Part shown: positions 28,112 through 31,361 of the stretch, in pieces
Position numbering within the stretch: position 1 is the stretch's first letter
Layout of the letters: every line of letters begins with the position of its first letter
Source of the DNA: an uncultured virus (IMG/VR IMGVR_UViG_3300030103_004079)
Lineage: Duplodnaviria; Heunggongvirae; Uroviricota; Caudoviricetes
IMG/VR virus record: IMGVR_UViG_3300030103_004079
DNA: 31,361 nucleotides
Direction: 5' to 3' (one strand)
Notes under the pieces: model-generated
The model's database searches: none
The model's input: the letters and a program-made list of their open reading frames with translations, nothing else
Told to the model about the DNA's origin: nothing
Made by a program: the position numbers and the translations under genes

Positions 28112-28235
28112 TTCAACCCCTTGTTGCCCCTACTCCCGATTAGGCCGAATAGTGAAACTACTCTTACAGTGCAGTAAATAAGCACTTCTTAAGAGATTTT
28201 AAAAAATAGTTTCACTATTCGGTCTAAGTTTTTTT
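28112..28235 (+). other. Structured 3' UTR RNA element / terminator of cassette 5
   Basis: 20-bp stem 28141-28160/28207-28226 enclosing CTCTTA-CAGTGC..GCACTTCT-TAAGAG; T-tract follows; 28112-28123 complementary to the 5' leader. Confidence 0.75.
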
Positions 28236-28343
28236 ATTTAGGGTTTGATGCGGCCTTCGGCCTAAATGTTTAAAGAACATTTCATCAAACCATATGGTTC
28301 ACTTTAAGAACCCAATTCATATATCTATTGGTATAGAGATAAC

Positions 28344-28685
28344 ATGCGAAAGATAACTAGAGACGCAATAAACGCACTATATGATAAAAGAGACTTCAAG
28401 CGAGGTAATACAGAAATTAAAGAAGTAATCAACTATTCTTCTGCGACTAGTTGCATGGTTATGTATTTACACGGTAATGGTATTGCCAAACTTGAGGATA
28501 ACAACTTATACATTCGTCACGCAGGATGGCAAACTAACACCACTAAAGAACGCTTGAACGGCTTGCCAAATGTCAACATTCATCAAAAGGATTTCACATG
28601 GTATCTAAATGATAGAATGTGGGAGAACGGCAACGAATGGACATGGGTTGACTGCTTATCATTGGAAGACTTTTCTTTCAATTAA
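28344..28685 (+). CDS. Cassette 6 hypothetical protein ('YLHGNGIA..GWQTNTTKERLN..QKDFTWY', 113 aa)
   Basis: ATG at +53 from the repeat; motif pattern recalled from uncharacterised aquatic phage proteins (unverified). Confidence 0.85.
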   Translation: MRKITRDAINALYDKRDFKRGNTEIKEVINYSSATSCMVMYLHGNGIAKLEDNNLYIRHAGWQTNTTKERLNGLPNVNIHQKDFTWYLNDRMWENGNEWTWVDCLSLEDFSFN

Positions 28686-28717
28686 TATGAACTAATATAG
28701 TCCGAGTGACTATAACT

Positions 28718-28756
28718 GCCTTTCTCGACCCTTCGGGGTCGGGATTGGCTTTTTTT
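28718..28756 (+). terminator. cUUCGg-capped hairpin + T-tract terminator
   Basis: CTCGACCC-TTCG-GGGTCGGG followed by GGC-T7. Confidence 0.8.
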
Positions 28757-28859
28757 GGGGTTGTGAGTAATGTATTTTATAATACTAGGAGAGTATTACT
28801 CACAACCATATGGTTCACTTTCGGAACTCGAATTATATATCGAACAAGGTATAGTAGGC

Positions 28860-29325
28860 ATGTCGGGAGTCATGAACCGGCAGGGATTGACCGAACACCC
28901 TATGAACGGGGGTAAGGTGCAATGTTCCGAGTAGTTTCGGCTTATGTGACTATGATGCTCTAATGAGTAAGTTTTCACCTCTAAGGAAAAGTCCTTGAAC
29001 CTCAAAAGGGGAGTTATTACTAGTAACTTGGATAACATTGGCAGTATGGCTCTTGAGAAAAAGAGAGCGTTCAAAGTGAGTGCGACCCAATCGTATCATA
29101 CTTGAAGATACCCAACTCTTCATCCCATCCCATTCCAATGGCTATTAGTGGCCATAACACCATTGAGAAACAAAGGTGAAAGTCAAATCGTAAATGTAAG
29201 GCGGTCGAATATGCATGACAGGGTGCAAAATGAAGAATACTAGTTGTCCTTCAATCACTCCCCTCGATTCAAGCATCACGCATTCACTGGATTTGAACGA
29301 GTAGCCGGAGTTTCTCAATTTTTTT
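28860..29325 (+). ncRNA. Cassette 7 candidate large structured ncRNA (~400-460 nt)
   Basis: Promoter-driven, no plus-strand ORF of 60 aa or more starting downstream of the promoter; nested long-range helices and many local hairpins; ends with a hairpin and T-tract. Confidence 0.7.
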
Positions 29326-29473
29326 ATTGAGGTTTGGCATCGTTATTATTACTTTACTGGTAGTAATGCCAAACCATATGGTTCACTTTGAGAACTTGAT
29401 TCTTATACTATTAGACTAGTAGTAGTCGCTTCGCAGGGTATGAAGTAAACTTACAAACATCGGAGAGATAAAT

Positions 29474-29983
29474 ATGATGGAATATAGTAAATTAATTAGC
29501 AAAACAAACGATATATTGGCTTGGCTTGAAGTAAATGATGCCGGCGCACTTGAAGGCGCAATTAGAGGTATCATTACTGTTGCTCAAGTTGAAGGACAGA
29601 CAGAAAAACAATACGGTAACTATTGGGGTAGTATTCGCCAAATGTGCGGCAACCTCCCAAACTCACCAATCCGCAAAGGAACACAACCGTCTATACCTGC
29701 CGAAGCGTTAGCGTGTGTGGATTCTGTAGTGACTCAAGTGCAAACTGCTTTTGCGGGTATTACTGAAAGCAACGAACTAATTCTTGAAGTAGTTTTACCT
29801 TTTAGAAATACAACCGGAAAAGGTTTTGAGTCTATGGATGAACTTGCTGCATATATGGCAGGTCGAGCAAGAGACGCATTAGTCAAGGCTCACAAAGATG
29901 GCCGTTGGGATGGTACTCTCAACGATGGACTAACAGGTATGACTCCCCCTCAACCTGCATCAAAGAAGGAGGATAGCGAGTAA
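29474..29983 (+). CDS. Cassette 8 hypothetical protein, paralog of 27628..28104 (169 aa)
   Basis: GGAG RBS; shared motifs YWGSIRQMCGNLPNSPIRKG and DGRWDGTL. Confidence 0.85.
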   Translation: MMEYSKLISKTNDILAWLEVNDAGALEGAIRGIITVAQVEGQTEKQYGNYWGSIRQMCGNLPNSPIRKGTQPSIPAEALACVDSVVTQVQTAFAGITESNELILEVVLPFRNTTGKGFESMDELAAYMAGRARDALVKAHKDGRWDGTLNDGLTGMTPPQPASKKEDSE

Positions 29984-29994
29984 GGCTAACTGAT

Positions 29995-30133
29995 TACCCT
30001 GTGTTGCCCCTCTACTAAATACATTCGACAAATTAGCACCCAAAGGACATTACAACTCATACAGTCAAGAGAATTCACGACTTCTTATGAGATAGTAAAA
30101 AATAAAGTGTCCTTTGGGTGTCTATGCTTTTTT
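29995..30133 (+). other. Structured 3' UTR RNA element / terminator of cassette 8
   Basis: Stem 30037-30051/30106-30120 enclosing CTCATA-CAGTC..GACTTCT-TATGAG; T-tract follows; 29995-30003 complementary to the 5' leader. Confidence 0.75.
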
Positions 30134-30238
30134 ATGCAGGGTTTGAGGCGTAGAATAAGATTCAACAAAAGAATGTGCCTCAAACCATATGGTTCACTTT
30201 AGGAACACAATTGATATACGCTGTGGTATAGAGATACC

Positions 30239-30511
30239 ATGACAGTAATAGATTGGCATGCAGAAGTAAAAGAATATAAACAAAACTATGATGATGATGA
30301 TGGAATTCATGAATATATTGAGAGTTTAGTCCCTCAATATTTCGGTGACATCTATCAAACATATCATGATGAGATAGGAACACCCCTCAATATTGAAATT
30401 GAAGCACACCATGTTGGCCTTAGATTTTGGCGTATAATAGTAGGTCATATATTCGAGGCATACCTTGAACAATTCTTGACCGCTTGGCATGAAGTAGAGG
30501 AGGAAGAATAA
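30239..30511 (+). CDS. Cassette 9 gene A: Ocr (T7 gp0.3)-like acidic DNA-mimic / anti-restriction protein (90 aa)
   Basis: 'DDGIHEYIESLVPQYFGDIY...RIIVGHIFE...EVEEEE' parallels the T7 Ocr pattern 'DAIHMAADNAVPHYYADIF...RILQARIYE...EEVEE' as recalled; very acidic; ATG at +53. Confidence 0.65.
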   Translation: MTVIDWHAEVKEYKQNYDDDDGIHEYIESLVPQYFGDIYQTYHDEIGTPLNIEIEAHHVGLRFWRIIVGHIFEAYLEQFLTAWHEVEEEE

Positions 30512-30721
30512 ATGATACCAAGATGGAACGACGAAGTTTATCCGGTGATGTTCTCAAGTGACTTTGGGAGGAATAGTTCAATAGTAGCAATATGTAGTAG
30601 TCACAATGATGCAAAAAGATTTGTTGCTAAATTAGAGAGTGAATTAACCGACGATGAAATCGCAGAAGGTTATCTATATGGTATCTTAATGTTTAACATA
30701 ATAGAATGCGGAGAGGAATAA
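30512..30721 (+). CDS. Cassette 9 gene B: small acidic hypothetical protein (69 aa)
   Basis: Starts right after the gene A stop; GAGGAGG RBS; followed by a terminator. Confidence 0.75.
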   Translation: MIPRWNDEVYPVMFSSDFGRNSSIVAICSSHNDAKRFVAKLESELTDDEIAEGYLYGILMFNIIECGEE

Positions 30722-30727
30722 TCAAAC

Positions 30728-30778
30728 ACGGTCAAAAAAACCGGCTATCTTTAGGGGTAGCCGGTTTTACCTTTTTTT
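30728..30778 (+). terminator. Hairpin + T-tract terminator, conserved-flank type
   Basis: ACGGTCAAAAAAACCGGCTATC-TTTAG-GGGTAGCCGGTTTTACC-T7. Confidence 0.8.
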
Positions 30779-30831
30779 CGAGGTTTTGTGCAGTTATTAT
30801 TTATTTAACTCCTTTGCAGTTGCACAAAACC

Positions 30832-31361
30832 ATACCATATTATAACCATAAGCCTTCAATTGGTAGCAATATTTACTACCCAAGATTCCAATACCCTCGA
30901 TAATATTATTTTCAATTGAATGTATAAATAATGAAAATAATAATAAAAATATCAATATAATATACTATATAATATTAAGAAAAACATTATTTTGGGTCAG
31001 CAGGGGGGGTGAAAATAAAAGTGAAAATAAAATTCTTGAGAGTAATGGGGAATAACTGTGAAGTTATTATATAATAAATATATTATTTTATTATTTTATT
31101 ATTTTCAATACTACTCTCTTTCTTCCCTCCCCTCCTCGATTTTTACTGTTAAGATTCTTGAGGGTTATTTTCAAGGTGGATTTCAAATGGTAATTTTCCC
31201 CTCTCGGAAGCAGGGCAAAATAATGAAAATAACAAAATATTAGAGCAGTTGCCCGTTTAGTGTTCAAAATAATCTAAAAATAATCCAAAATAATAACTTG
31301 AGTTGGCAAAGTTCATCTAAATCAAAATAGAAATAAAGCCTTCTTTAAATGTAATTTAAGC
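30832..31361. other. AT-rich non-coding region with short AAAATAA-type repeats; possible replication origin or terminus-proximal region
   Basis: No credible ORF; tandem GTGAAAATAAAA x2 at 31009-31032; many AAAATAA/TTATTTT units on both strands. Confidence 0.4.

Larger units (their letters stand above)
25606..30831 (+). repeat. Array of nine gene/RNA cassettes delimited by a conserved stem-loop + promoter junction repeat
   Basis: CATATGGTT(C/T)ACTTT at 25643, 26161, 26743, 27051, 27533, 28291, 28807, 29375 and 30186; eight are preceded by a GGTT..AACC inverted repeat; a ninth stem at 30782-30831 has no promoter. Confidence 0.92.

Noticed and set aside
28930..29000. RNase P RNA or group I intron identity for the large ncRNA
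   Set aside because: GGAAAAGTCC and CGGCTTAT resemble RNase P P4 strands but are in reversed order and pair poorly; GACT/AGTC resembles group I P7 but the surrounding helix order does not fit. Left unassigned.
28706..29138. Short ORFs 28706..28915 (+), 28796..29074 (-) and 28950..29138 (-)
   Set aside because: They cross the terminator/stem/promoter junction or run antisense to the cassette promoter and lack start signals; the region is better explained as structured RNA.
25606..30831. CRISPR array
   Set aside because: Repeat spacing is about 300-810 bp and irregular, the intervals are whole genes with promoters and terminators, and no cas genes are present.
26119..30831. Canonical integron attC sites
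   Set aside because: The stems run GGTT..AACC rather than RYYYAAC..GTTRRRY, no regular L-box extrahelical bases are evident and no IntI integrase is in the window; only the architecture is analogous.

Overview
Fragment of a tailed dsDNA virus (Caudoviricetes) genome, most likely infecting an archaeon. GGTGA/GAGGTGA Shine-Dalgarno sites, TATA-type promoters with apparently leaderless starts, and a Zn-ribbon-containing portal fit a marine Poseidoniales (MGII) 'magrovirus'-like virus; the host is an inference. Positions 1-25084 form a tightly packed minus-strand head/packaging region: portal, large terminase, a probable small terminase, three large K/E-rich proteins, a LAGLIDADG-Nudix fusion, and about 18 unrelated, mostly small proteins sharing an N-terminal 'M-[ST]-W-x-x-I-[LI]-K' tag. 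Positions 25606-30831 form a divergent plus-strand array of nine cassettes. Each reads: conserved palindromic promoter box (AACCATATGGTTCACTTT-NN-GAAC..TATA), cargo, terminator hairpin with T-tract, then a covarying GGTT(T)G...C(A)AACC stem-loop overlapping the next promoter. Cargo includes an Ocr (T7 gp0.3)-like DNA mimic, two apparent structured non-coding RNAs, and two paralogous genes whose 5' and 3' UTRs base-pair across the ORF and carry a shared 3' RNA motif. An AT-rich non-coding region follows. All pairings and motifs were found by eye; no folding program or database search was run.
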